This document shows, one piece after another, positions 45,012 through 54,246 of a stretch of DNA of 64,000 nt (its first letter is position 1; the number at the start of each line of letters is the position of its first letter). Both the position numbers and the translations under genes were made by a program. Under the pieces are notes generated by a model, which saw only the letters and a list, made by a program, of their open reading frames with translations, was not told the origin of the DNA and made no database searches. This stretch comes from Vicinamibacterales bacterium (lineage in GTDB: Bacteria; Acidobacteriota; Vicinamibacteria; Vicinamibacterales; UBA2999). The DNA lies in the NCBI GenBank assembly GCA_964202965.1, contig CAXNKG010000003.1:23032-87031 (forward strand), read 5' to 3'.

Positions 45012-45824
45012 TTACAGGGCGGGGCCTTTCGGACCCGCCAACCACCGGCCCTCGAACAGCACCTCGGCCCACCCGGTCAGAAAGATCCCCTCTTCGCGCC
45101 ATTCAACCCGCTGCGTGCCGCCAGGGGCAATGACGTCCATCTCCCGCGCGGCGCCGCCGTGGGCGGCCGCGGCGACCGCTGACGCGCAGGAGCCGGTCCC
45201 CGAGGAGGTGGTCGGCCCGACTCCCCGCTCCCAGATCGTGATGCGTACCCGGTCGGGCGCTTCCACCTGCACGAATTCGACGTTTGTACCCACCGGAAAC
45301 ATCGGGTGGGTGGCGATCGCGGGTCCAAGCCGGTTGAAACGCTCGGCGTCCGGGAGGGGGCCCAGCAGCACGCACTGGGGATTCCCCGTGCGGAGCACCG
45401 TGGCCGTGACCGTCTCGCCGCCGATTTGAATCTGCACCTGCCGGATATCTTCCGGGGCGCCCATGTCGGCACGGAACGTCAGGCGCTGACCTTCCCGGCC
45501 GCGCAGCTCGAGGCGTTTCGTGCCGGCGTCCGTCGCGATCGTGATGACGTCGCCCGGCTTCGAGTGCTGATCGCGGGCGACAAGCGCAGCGAGACACCGA
45601 AGCCCGTTTCCCGAGAGCTCGGATGGGCTGCCGTCGGCGTTGAGGAGCCGCATCGTGGCGCCGCCACGCTGTATCCGGTACAGCAGCAGGCCATCGGCGC
45701 CGACGCCGGAATGCCTGTGGCACAGGGCGCGCGCAAGCCGGGACTCGTCCGAACCCGCCAGGCCATCCTCGACGAGCAGAAAGTCGTTGCCGTACGCATG
45801 GGCCTTGACGACCGGGACGGGCAT
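45012..45824 (-). CDS. dapF: diaminopimelate epimerase
   Basis: KAHAYGNDFLLV; both catalytic Cys contexts are present (SGNGLRC and GSCASA-type). Confidence 0.93.
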   Translation of the reverse strand: MPVPVVKAHAYGNDFLLVEDGLAGSDESRLARALCHRHSGVGADGLLLYRIQRGGATMRLLNADGSPSELSGNGLRCLAALVARDQHSKPGDVITIATDAGTKRLELRGREGQRLTFRADMGAPEDIRQVQIQIGGETVTATVLRTGNPQCVLLGPLPDAERFNRLGPAIATHPMFPVGTNVEFVQVEAPDRVRITIWERGVGPTTSSGTGSCASAVAAAAHGGAAREMDVIAPGGTQRVEWREEGIFLTGWAEVLFEGRWLAGPKGPAL

Positions 45825-46669
45825 CAGGGGAACTGGAAGGCATTGAACACGTACGTGAAGCCCGCGGCAAAGCCTATTGTCGGGTCCGTCGTGGCCATGC
45901 CGAACATGATCGCCGCGTCGGCTCGAAACGCCCCGATGGTGTGCCGGGCGCCAAACCGGAGCATGCTGCGGGACTCGGTTCCCGGCGGCGGGTCGCCTTC
46001 GCGGGTGTCTTTCCGGCCGTTAATCTCGCCGACGACCTCGCTGTTTGCCGCAATGGCACGCGCGAACGAGACGCCGTACATGATGACGTCGTTCTGCCGG
46101 TCACCGCGCGTCGGGTCGCCCAGAATCCCAAGGCCGATGTTGCCCACGAACCGGACCGACTGGACCGTTTTGGCGACCAGCAGCGTCGAATAGAAGTCCA
46201 TCGTGTCGAGGCCGAGGCCCCTCTCGTTCCCGGCCATCGGCAGCCGGGTGGCCGATCGCAGCGCGATGGAGGGTCGCGACGTGCCTTCCGACACCAGGCG
46301 GACCTTGGTGCCGACGGTCATGTCCTCAACGTCGGTCGTGGTGCCACCAGGCACGACCAGGAAGTGTGAGAGCGGCGCCGGGCGCCGATCCGTGATCGTA
46401 AGCCGGTTGCGGAGGCCGCCGTCGATCTGCACTTCGCCGATCTCTCCGATCCCCATGCTCAACCCGATGAGCGGCGCCCGCAGCAGGTTGCCGCGTAATC
46501 CCGACGCTGGATAGTCCACGTCGCGGGCGTAATCAAACCCCGCTTCGATGAGCATCCGGCCGGCGCCGATCGTCTCCGGGTCCTCCGTCACGAGGGGCCG
46601 CTGCTGCGCGGCGGACGTCAGCGGCATGGCGCAGAGCGCGGCGGTCACGATTCCTGTTCGTAGAGACAT
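45824..46669 (-). CDS. outer-membrane beta-barrel protein (Phenol_MetA_deg-like transporter family, tentative)
   Basis: Signal peptide ending SAAQQ, RPLVTEDPETIGAGRMLIEAGFDY, alternating beta-strand pattern, aromatic C-terminus. Confidence 0.65.
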   Translation of the reverse strand: MSLRTGIVTAALCAMPLTSAAQQRPLVTEDPETIGAGRMLIEAGFDYARDVDYPASGLRGNLLRAPLIGLSMGIGEIGEVQIDGGLRNRLTITDRRPAPLSHFLVVPGGTTTDVEDMTVGTKVRLVSEGTSRPSIALRSATRLPMAGNERGLGLDTMDFYSTLLVAKTVQSVRFVGNIGLGILGDPTRGDRQNDVIMYGVSFARAIAANSEVVGEINGRKDTREGDPPPGTESRSMLRFGARHTIGAFRADAAIMFGMATTDPTIGFAAGFTYVFNAFQFP

Positions 46670-46673
46670 ATGG

Positions 46674-47126
46674 TCAGAACTGCCGTTTGCTGTCGATGAG
46701 GATCGTGACGGGACCGTCGTTCACCAGCTCGACGTGCATCATCGCCTGAAACTCACCGGTCGCCACCTCGAGCGGCACGTCGCGCAATTCTCTCACGAGG
46801 GATTCGTACAGCGATCGAGCCGACTCAGGCGACGCCGCCGCGTCGAACGACGGCCGGCGTCCCCTGCGCAGGTCCCCATAGAGCGTGAACTGCGAAACGA
46901 CCAGCACGGCCCCGCCGACCTCGGCGACCGACCGGTCCATCAGGCGCCCCTCGTCACCTTCGAAGACCCGTGCGTCGCGAACCTTGCCGACCACATACCG
47001 CACGTCCTCGCCCGCATCGTCCTTTGCGACCCCAAGAAGCACGACAAGACCGGGGCCGATCTGCCCGACAACCCGGTCGCCGACGCGGACGGAGGCGCCG
47101 GTCACGCGCTGGATGACGGCCCGCAT
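46674..47126 (-). CDS. dtd: D-aminoacyl-tRNA deacylase
   Basis: MRAVIQRV...VLVVSQFTLYGD...GRRPSF...LVNDGPVT. Confidence 0.93.
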   Translation of the reverse strand: MRAVIQRVTGASVRVGDRVVGQIGPGLVVLLGVAKDDAGEDVRYVVGKVRDARVFEGDEGRLMDRSVAEVGGAVLVVSQFTLYGDLRRGRRPSFDAAASPESARSLYESLVRELRDVPLEVATGEFQAMMHVELVNDGPVTILIDSKRQF

Positions 47127-47127
47127 G

Positions 47128-47955
47128 CTAGTGGCGGATCTGAATGAGGTTCGTGGCTTCCTCTTCGACCCGCAGCGCCGCGCTGTCGCGCAGTTCGCCG
47201 CTTGGATTGAGGCGGGTGTCGAGGAGGTGGCGTGGCATCACGTTGCCGAGCGCCTTCAGCATCGACGGCTTGACGCCCGGGTGCTCGCGCTCGAGATCGA
47301 GAATGAGCCGCTTCACGCGCTGGCGCTGGAGGCTCAGGTCGCCGCACGCGGGACAGCAGCAGCCGATGATCGGGAGGTTCGACTCCTTCGCGAACTGGCG
47401 CGCCTCGTCTTCGGTGACGTACACGAGCGGCCGGATGACGACGTGCTCGCCGTTATCGGACACGAGCCGGGCCGGCATGGCCTTGAGGGCGCCGGCGAAA
47501 AAGAGATTCAGCAGGAGCGTCTCGACGAAGTCGTCGAGATGGTGGCCGAGGGCGATCTTCGTGGCGCCCACCTCCCCCGCCAGGCGGTACAGCACCCCGC
47601 GCCGCAGCCGGGCACACAGCGAGCACGGCGTGGCATTCGCTGCGAGGATGTCGTCCATGACGTCGCCGATCGACGTGTGCTGGATTCGAAGCTCCCAGCC
47701 GCGCTCCTCGCACGTGCGGGCGATGACGTCGTGCTTGAAATCCTTGTAGCCCGAGTCGACGTTGACCGCGATGAGCGAAAAATCGATCGGCGCGCGCTGC
47801 CGCAGCAGGTCGAGTGTCTGGAGCAGCGCCCAGCTGTCCTTGCCGCCGGACAGGCCGACCATCACGCGGTCGCCGTCTTCAATCAGGTTGAAGTCGACGA
47901 TCGCCTTCGTGGTCTTCTTCGCGATACGGGATTCGAGCGGGGTCCGGTACGACAT
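47128..47955 (-). CDS. ttcA: tRNA 2-thiocytidine(32) synthetase
   Basis: PP-loop LSGGKDSW, with Cys clusters CSLCARLRRG and CCCPACG. Confidence 0.9.
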   Translation of the reverse strand: MSYRTPLESRIAKKTTKAIVDFNLIEDGDRVMVGLSGGKDSWALLQTLDLLRQRAPIDFSLIAVNVDSGYKDFKHDVIARTCEERGWELRIQHTSIGDVMDDILAANATPCSLCARLRRGVLYRLAGEVGATKIALGHHLDDFVETLLLNLFFAGALKAMPARLVSDNGEHVVIRPLVYVTEDEARQFAKESNLPIIGCCCPACGDLSLQRQRVKRLILDLEREHPGVKPSMLKALGNVMPRHLLDTRLNPSGELRDSAALRVEEEATNLIQIRH

Positions 47956-48089
47956 TCACAAGAGTGTAACAGCCACGAACGGCGTACCTGCCACGCCTCT
48001 CGTATCGTCGCTACTGCAACACGCGGTGCTCCCGTTCATGAGATCTTCAAGGTTCCGCGTCGGCACGTCACTGGCTTCGCCGTTCGACG

Positions 48090-48290
48090 ATGGTAGGATT
48101 GACCGGAGAACAGCGCCGAATGCTCATCGACAAGCTTCCTGACGCCGCCAACCTCGCGCTCGGCGGGCTCGTATTCGGACAGTTCCTCGGCGATCGCACG
48201 TTCTCGATCGCGATCGCGATTCTCGGAGTTGTCACGTGGAGCGCATTCATCGGTGGCGCCTTCGTCCTTGGCAGGAAGAAGGACGTATGA
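48090..48290 (+). CDS. small two-TM membrane protein, function unknown
   Basis: 66 aa with two hydrophobic segments. ATGA overlap with the next small ORF. Confidence 0.4.
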   Translation: MVGLTGEQRRMLIDKLPDAANLALGGLVFGQFLGDRTFSIAIAILGVVTWSAFIGGAFVLGRKKDV

Positions 48291-48409
48291 CCGGGCTGTA
48301 CATCATCTTTGGCGGAATGCTTCTCTTCGTCACGGTTGTCGTGACCTACGACCTCCTCGCGCGCCGCCAACACCGGCGGCAGCGCGAGCAGGAGCGCCGC
48401 TCGGCATAA
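48287..48409 (+). CDS. 40-aa single-TM peptide, function unknown
   Basis: My translation: MTGLYIIFGGMLLFVTVVVTYDLLARRQHRRQREQERRSA. Below the track size cutoff; coupled to the upstream ORF. Confidence 0.3.
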   Translation: MTGLYIIFGGMLLFVTVVVTYDLLARRQHRRQREQERRSA

Positions 48410-48427
48410 GGGCGGCGGTGAGTGACC

Positions 48428-48805
48428 TCAGCGCAGCCCCGACCAGTTCAGAAGCAGCGTGATTGGCGAGACCCCGGTATCACCGATCGATTTCGTCGTC
48501 AGGAAGCGTCCATCGGGCGCCACCGCGTAATTCGTCCGAGCGACCAACGCGAAGCTGATCCTCGTCTGAAAGAGCGCTGTGGCATGGAGGCGCGTGCCAT
48601 CGGGCGACCACACAGGGTCCGTTTCGGTGGTGCTCCCGAACGTAGCGCGCGCCGTGGCGATGGTCGGCCGTCTGCCCGCGCGCGTGCGCCGCCGCGAGTC
48701 CCTGAGCGATCTGCACCGCGTAGTCGATCGCCTTGCGCGGCCGCCGGCGCCCAGGGCGGACTGGATCTCACACGGGCCGAGACGTGTGCCTGCCGTCAGC
48801 GACAT
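48428..48805 (-). pseudogene. heavily deleted remnant of a Ser/Thr kinase - TolB-like beta-propeller gene
   Basis: It starts with the kinase N-terminus MSLTAGTRLGPCEIQSALGAGG. A second frame holds the catalytic-lobe fragment AIDYAVQIAQGLAAAHARG. The tail is propeller-like: TDPVWSPDGTRL...YAVAPDGRFL...PITLLLNW. About 125 codons survive of what is normally a very large protein. Confidence 0.55.
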
Positions 48806-48874
48806 TCGTGGGGAATACGAGCAGCGGAATTTATAGGCCGGTCCGCATGTCTCGGCGGTGGGACGATGCCACCA

Positions 48875-49636
48875 TCATGTGAAGGGCTCGGCGCCAGCCT
48901 CCAGGACCTGTTTCACTGTGTAGAGCCGTGAGGCATCGGTCGCCGAATCGATTGCCCGCCCCATCAGGCGGCGCAGGCCGATGATGTCGCGCAGCACACC
49001 GAACGTCCGCGACAGGCCGTACTTCGACCGGCCAGACCGGCGGGGGCGGTGATTCACCACGACCTCGGTCACCCGGCTTCCGAGCTGGCTGGCCAGCGCC
49101 GGCAGGTACCGGTGCATCCCGGGGGCGAGCTTCAACGGTTTGACGACGGCCGCCCGAAAGACCTTCAAGGAGCAGCCGTTGTCGTGGAGCCGGATGCCGC
49201 TGACGATGCCGAGCAGCCAGTTGGCGGCGACTGACGGGACGTGCCGGGTCAGGAACGCATCCTTCCGGTTCCTGCGCCAGCCGCAGACGATATCGTGCGT
49301 CCTGGCCAGGTCGAGCAGGCGCGGGATGTCCGCCGGGTCGTTCTGGAGGTCCCCGTCGAGCGTGACGATGAGCGTTCCGCGAGCATGCGCGAAGCCGGCG
49401 GCAAACGCCGCCGTCTGGCCGAAGTTCCGCTCGAACTGAATGACCCGCAGATGCGGGTCCCCGGCCTGCAGGCGGCGCAGCGTCGCGAACGTCGCATCCT
49501 CGCTCCCGTCGTCAATGAGGATCACCTCGTAGGGCCGGCCAATCGACTGCATGACGCCGGTCAGCTCGGTGATGAGCGGCTCGACGTTGCCCTCCTCATC
49601 GCGAAGGGGGATGACGATGGAGATGTCCGGGGCCAA
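48875..49636 (-). CDS. family 2 glycosyltransferase (polyprenyl-phosphate sugar transferase, ArnC/GtrB-like)
   Basis: ISIVIPLRDEEGNV, ILIDDGSED, VTLDGDLQNDP, and a C-terminal membrane-associated segment. TTG start. Confidence 0.88.
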   Translation of the reverse strand: MAPDISIVIPLRDEEGNVEPLITELTGVMQSIGRPYEVILIDDGSEDATFATLRRLQAGDPHLRVIQFERNFGQTAAFAAGFAHARGTLIVTLDGDLQNDPADIPRLLDLARTHDIVCGWRRNRKDAFLTRHVPSVAANWLLGIVSGIRLHDNGCSLKVFRAAVVKPLKLAPGMHRYLPALASQLGSRVTEVVVNHRPRRSGRSKYGLSRTFGVLRDIIGLRRLMGRAIDSATDASRLYTVKQVLEAGAEPFT

Positions 49637-50287
49637 TTAGGTGATTCTATCCGGCGGGTCCGCCGCTCGATGCGGCCGCGACTCGCGGCGAGACCCGCCC
49701 CACGCACCGAATCGCCGTACGAGCCACCAGGCGAAGGCGCCGGCCACGATCAGGCCTGCGAGCCAAAGCGCCACCTCCCGGCCGCGTGTGCGCATCACCT
49801 CCAGAGCCACGTCGCCGTACCAGACAGCCAGGAAACCGAGCAGCGTGTACCGGAAGCCGCGGGCGACCGCGATGGCGCCGACGAAATGCAGCGGCCGCAC
49901 GCCGGCGACACCGGCCATCAGCACGAAGAGCTTGAATGGCGCGGGCGGCGGCAGGAGCGCCGGCACGATCAGGGCGAGCAATCCGTACCGCCTGTAGAGC
50001 GCCAGGGCGCGCTCCGTATGGCCGGGCCGCAGGCGTTTCCTGAGGAAGGCGTCCCCGCCGCGCTCGGCCAGAGAGTAAATGACGTAGCAGCCGGCAATCG
50101 AGCCGAGGGTCGCCATCGCGACGTAGTACGGCATGAGCGCCTTGTGCTGCGTGACCATCAGCACCACGAGGATGTCGTTGATCTGGGGGAGAGACAGGAA
50201 GGACGAGTCGAGAAAGGCGATCGCCAGAAGGCCCGGCCCGCCGATGGCAAGGGCGAACCCGTACAGCCAGTTGATCAACGCCTTCAC
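49637..50287 (-). CDS. DedA/YqaA-family membrane protein
   Basis: 216 aa, multiple TM helices, SNARE-associated-type core. GTG start. Confidence 0.78.
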   Translation of the reverse strand: MKALINWLYGFALAIGGPGLLAIAFLDSSFLSLPQINDILVVLMVTQHKALMPYYVAMATLGSIAGCYVIYSLAERGGDAFLRKRLRPGHTERALALYRRYGLLALIVPALLPPPAPFKLFVLMAGVAGVRPLHFVGAIAVARGFRYTLLGFLAVWYGDVALEVMRTRGREVALWLAGLIVAGAFAWWLVRRFGAWGGSRRESRPHRAADPPDRIT

Positions 50288-50316
50288 GGAGCAGCTAGGC
50301 TACCTTAGGTCGCCCA

Positions 50317-50372
50317 CCTTTGACCTTTGACCTTTGACCTTTGACCTTTGACCTTTGACTTCTGACTTTTGA
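50317..50372. repeat. heptanucleotide tandem array (CCTTTGA x6 perfect, then 2 degenerate)
   Basis: CCTTTGA x6, CTTCTGA, CTTTTGA. It starts one nt after the stop of the 50374..51081 gene and ends 30 nt before the DedA start. It is the reverse complement of the unit at 40486..40520. Confidence 0.9.
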
Positions 50373-50373
50373 C

Positions 50374-51081
50374 TTAAAAACGAACCCCCACCGTCGCCTG
50401 ATACGTCCAGCCGCCCAGATCGATTCGCAGATCCGGATCGACGGCCGCGAACCGGTCACCGAGCGGCGCGTCGGCGCTCTGATACCGCACCTCGAATCCT
50501 CCGCTCAGCGCATCGCCGGCGAATCGCAGCCCGCCAAGGATGACGGGGCCGGTCGCGTTGCCTGAGGCGACATATTGCTGCCGGAAGATCGCGTTGCGGC
50601 GCTGGAAGTCGACGAACTCCCCGAATTCACTGTAACGCCACGCGACCACGCCGAGGCCGCCCCCGAGGTACGGCTGCACCGGCGACGTCTGGCCGAGCGG
50701 CAGCACGCGGACGGTGAAGGCGACTGGCATCAGCCGCATCCGCGACTCCTGGTCGATCTCTGTACCATCGTGATCGACGAACTCCGCGTACACCGACGGC
50801 ACCGTCCGCCGGGAGAAGGACACCCCGGCGCCCGCCTCGACGTAATTGCCGAGGGGCATCAACCACTCGACCCCAATCGAGCCGGTGTTGAACTCGCTGA
50901 TCTCGAATTCGCGGAAGTTACGGTTGTCGATGAGGACGTCGTGTTCGACGCGGGCATCCTCGCCCTGAACGGCGAAGTATCCGAACGTGAAGTTCAGCGT
51001 CTGCTGGGCGGCGGCGGGTGCGGCCGTGCCGAGGAGCAGGGCGGCTGCGGCCGCCGTGAGAGCTCGAGCGTATGTGCACAT
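50374..51081 (-). CDS. small outer-membrane beta-barrel protein
   Basis: Signal peptide ending AAAQQ, amphipathic beta strands, terminal ...ATVGVRF. Confidence 0.65.
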   Translation of the reverse strand: MCTYARALTAAAAALLLGTAAPAAAQQTLNFTFGYFAVQGEDARVEHDVLIDNRNFREFEISEFNTGSIGVEWLMPLGNYVEAGAGVSFSRRTVPSVYAEFVDHDGTEIDQESRMRLMPVAFTVRVLPLGQTSPVQPYLGGGLGVVAWRYSEFGEFVDFQRRNAIFRQQYVASGNATGPVILGGLRFAGDALSGGFEVRYQSADAPLGDRFAAVDPDLRIDLGGWTYQATVGVRF

Positions 51082-51113
51082 GCCTTGGCTGTGTGCACGG
51101 CGGGTGCCAGCGG

Positions 51114-51929
51114 TTATGTCCTGTCTGGAGCACGCTGGCCGCGGTATCCGGCGATCAGGCTGGTCATCTCGTCATGGATGTGTCCGTTGGAGGCGACGAG
51201 GTGCGCCGCGGCCGAATCGAAGGGAGTGCCGTCCATTCCAGTCACCCTGCCGCCAGCCTCCTCGACGATCAGCGCCCCCGCCGCCACGTCCCACGGTTTG
51301 AGGTGCTGCTCCCAGAAGGCATCAAAGCGCCCCGCGGCGACATAGCAGAGGTCCAGCGCTGCCGAGCCGAGCCGGCGGACCGCGCGGGATCGCGACAGGA
51401 AGAGCGCGAACAGCTCCACGAGCGACGTAGCGTTCTGGTGCACGTCGTACGGAAATCCCGTCACCAGAAGGGCCTCGCTGACCGCTGTGGTCGCCGACAC
51501 CGCGAGCGGCGTGCCGTTGAGAAAGGCTCCCCCACCGCGCTCCGCCGTGAACAGCTCGCGCCTGGTCGGGTCGTAGATCGCGGCCACTTCCCGCTGACCG
51601 TCACGCTCGAGGCCCAGCGATGAGCAGTAGATAGGCAGGCCGTGTGCGTAGTTCGTGGTCCCGTCGAGCGGGTCGAAGACCCAGCGCCAGCGGGACGGTG
51701 CGCGGTCGGTGGGGACGCTGCCCAGTTCCTCGGCGAGCACGTCGTGCTCCGGGAAGCGCTCGGCGATCACGGCGCGGCACATGCGCTCGCACTCGAGGTC
51801 GACCTCGGTGACCAGATCGATCGCGCTCTTCTTCGAGATGGTAAAACCGGACGCCTGGCGTGCGAGCTGAATCTCGCCGGCACGGAGCACGATGTCGACA
51901 GCTGTGGCGAGGAGGGCCGGATCGGGCAA
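51114..51929 (-). CDS. inositol monophosphatase family protein
   Basis: AEEL...WVFDPLDGTTNY, AALDLCYVAAGRFDAFWE. Confidence 0.88.
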   Translation of the reverse strand: MPDPALLATAVDIVLRAGEIQLARQASGFTISKKSAIDLVTEVDLECERMCRAVIAERFPEHDVLAEELGSVPTDRAPSRWRWVFDPLDGTTNYAHGLPIYCSSLGLERDGQREVAAIYDPTRRELFTAERGGGAFLNGTPLAVSATTAVSEALLVTGFPYDVHQNATSLVELFALFLSRSRAVRRLGSAALDLCYVAAGRFDAFWEQHLKPWDVAAGALIVEEAGGRVTGMDGTPFDSAAAHLVASNGHIHDEMTSLIAGYRGQRAPDRT

Positions 51930-52403
51930 TCAGGCGCTTTGGTGCTGGACTCGCTTGACCATCCGCAGTTCCATCCCGCCCTCGGAGGCGCGTTCGAGAA
52001 CGAATTCGTCCATGAAGCTGCGAATCAGGAAGATGCCGCGGCCGCTGCCCTTGAGGAGATTCTCCGGGGCCACGCAGTCCGGGAGCGTGGCGGGATCGAA
52101 CCCCGGTCCTTCGTCACGGACGCGAATGGCCAGTCCAGGCAGATCCTCGTTCTCGATAGGGGTGAACTCGACGAAGACGCGTTTGCGGACGTCGCCGCCG
52201 TTGCCATGCTTGATCGCGTTGATGACCGATTCGCGGACGGCGACGGCCACCCAGTGCAGCGACTCGTCGTCGAGTCCGGCCGCACGGCCAATCTGCTCGC
52301 TGACCGATTGCGCGACGTCGAGCATCTCAAGGGTGCTCGGGAACTCGAGGCGGACGGGGGCGCCGCGCGGCATCGTGTCCCCGATTATGACCTCACCCGC
52401 CAC
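51930..52403 (-). CDS. anti-sigma regulatory factor (RsbW/SpoIIAB-like HATPase kinase)
   Basis: 157 aa; ESVINAIKHGN (N-box), VRDEGPGFD, GSGRGIFLI. Confidence 0.75.
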   Translation of the reverse strand: MAGEVIIGDTMPRGAPVRLEFPSTLEMLDVAQSVSEQIGRAAGLDDESLHWVAVAVRESVINAIKHGNGGDVRKRVFVEFTPIENEDLPGLAIRVRDEGPGFDPATLPDCVAPENLLKGSGRGIFLIRSFMDEFVLERASEGGMELRMVKRVQHQSA

Positions 52404-52438
52404 TAATTAACCACCAACCACGAACCATTGCTATAGTC

Positions 52439-53752
52439 GTGGGCATGGCCAGCGTAGCGGCTGTCGTCCACCCCGCGCCGCGCGTGCGTGGCCGCGTTCG
52501 TCCTCCCGGCGACAAGTCCATCTCGCACCGCTATGCCCTGCTGGCCGCGATTGCCGACGGCCCGTCGCTGATTCGCGGCTACTCCACCGGCGCGGATTGC
52601 GCCTCGACGCTTCGGTGCCTGCGCGGGCTTGGCGTCAACGTGGAGCAGGCGACACGGCTGTCGGGCGATGGAACGGACGTCTGCATCACGGGACTTGGGC
52701 CGAGAGGCTTCCGGCGACCGGGCGGCGTGCTTGACGCTGGCAATTCCGGGAGCACCATGCGGATGCTGGCCGGGATCCTCGCGGCACAGCCCTTTCCGGC
52801 ATCGATCACCGGCGACGAGTCCCTGTGCCGGCGTCCGATGCGCCGCATCATCGTCCCGCTCGAGCGGATGGGCGCCCGAATCACGTCCCAGGACGGGCGG
52901 CCGCCCCTCACAATCGAGGGCTCTTCGGTGCTGGCCTCTCTTGATTTCACGCCTGAGGTGCCGAGCGCACAGGTCAAGAGCGCGGTGCTCCTGGCGGGGC
53001 TCCATGCGAACGGCACCACCCGCGTGCATGAAGCGATCACCACCCGGGACCATACCGAGCGCGCGCTGGCGACGTTTGGAGCGCGTGTCACGCAGGTGGA
53101 CGGAACGGTCGCCGTTGATGGCGGGCAGCGCCTCAGCGGCCGTGACCTTCTGGTGCCCGGTGATATTTCGTCCGCAGCCTTCTGGATGGTGGCGGCGGCG
53201 GCGCTGCCAGGCTCGGAGGTCGTCATCGACGAAGTGGGCCTCAACCCCACCCGGACCGGGATCATCGCGATCCTGGAGCGGATGGGTGCGGCGGTCTCGG
53301 TCGAACAGGGATCCGTCGAGGACGCCGGCGAGCCGATCGGCACGATCACGGTGCGCCACGGGGCTCTGCGGGCGACGCATATCGCGCCGGCCGACGTCCC
53401 GGGCGTGATCGATGAACTGCCGGTGCTGGCGGCGCTTGCGACGCACGGCGGCGCACTGTCCGTGAGCGGCGCCGAGGAGCTGCGGGTCAAGGAAAGCGAC
53501 CGCATCTCCGCCCTGGCGGATGGCCTGCGGCGGATGGGCGCGGATATCGATGAGCAGCCCGACGGATTCCACGTCCGCGGGACGCGGCGGCTGCGCGGAG
53601 GCGAGGTCGACGCGCAGAACGATCACCGGCTGGCGATGGCGTTCGCCATCGCGGCGCTCGGCGCCACGGGCCCGACAACCATCCACGACGCAGGCGCCGC
53701 GGCGGTTTCGTACCCGGAGTTCTTCTCCGTGCTCGAATCGCTTCGCGCGTGA
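52439..53752 (+). CDS. aroA: 3-phosphoshikimate 1-carboxyvinyltransferase
   Basis: PPGDKSISHRYALLAA, NSGSTMRMLAGIL, LRVKESDRI. Confidence 0.95.
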   Translation: MGMASVAAVVHPAPRVRGRVRPPGDKSISHRYALLAAIADGPSLIRGYSTGADCASTLRCLRGLGVNVEQATRLSGDGTDVCITGLGPRGFRRPGGVLDAGNSGSTMRMLAGILAAQPFPASITGDESLCRRPMRRIIVPLERMGARITSQDGRPPLTIEGSSVLASLDFTPEVPSAQVKSAVLLAGLHANGTTRVHEAITTRDHTERALATFGARVTQVDGTVAVDGGQRLSGRDLLVPGDISSAAFWMVAAAALPGSEVVIDEVGLNPTRTGIIAILERMGAAVSVEQGSVEDAGEPIGTITVRHGALRATHIAPADVPGVIDELPVLAALATHGGALSVSGAEELRVKESDRISALADGLRRMGADIDEQPDGFHVRGTRRLRGGEVDAQNDHRLAMAFAIAALGATGPTTIHDAGAAAVSYPEFFSVLESLRA

Positions 53753-54246
53753 AAACCGACAAGCTCTATCTGGTGGGCTTCATGGGAGCGGGCAAATCGA
53801 CCGTCGCCGCCGCGCTCGGTCGACGCATCGGCTGGCGCACGGAGGATGTCGACGCGCGCATCGAGGCGCGCGAGCGGCGCTCGGTGGCGGCGATCTTTAC
53901 CCAGGACGGCGAGCCGTATTTCCGCGACGTGGAGCGTCAGGTCGTGCGCGACCTGCTCCCGGAGCGGAACGTGATCGTCGCCGCCGGCGGCGGGACGTTT
54001 GCCGAGCCGGAGAACCGCGCCGCCATGCTCTCGGATGGCGCCGTCGTCTGGCTCGATCTCCCGCTGGACGAAGTCGTCAAGCGGGTTCCCGCGGACGGCC
54101 GCCGGCCGCTCGCCGCCGACCTCGTGCAGCTCGAGCAGCTGTACCTGCGCCGACGCGCCTCCTACCAGCAGGCCCATGTCCGCGTCGATGCGTCGAAGCC
54201 GGTCGCCGAAGTGGTCGAGCGGCTCCTCGAATGGATTGGGTATTAG
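53749..54246 (+). CDS. aroK: shikimate kinase
   Basis: LVGFMGAGKSTV, FRDVERQVV. GTGA overlap with aroA. Confidence 0.92.
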   Translation: MKTDKLYLVGFMGAGKSTVAAALGRRIGWRTEDVDARIEARERRSVAAIFTQDGEPYFRDVERQVVRDLLPERNVIVAAGGGTFAEPENRAAMLSDGAVVWLDLPLDEVVKRVPADGRRPLAADLVQLEQLYLRRRASYQQAHVRVDASKPVAEVVERLLEWIGY

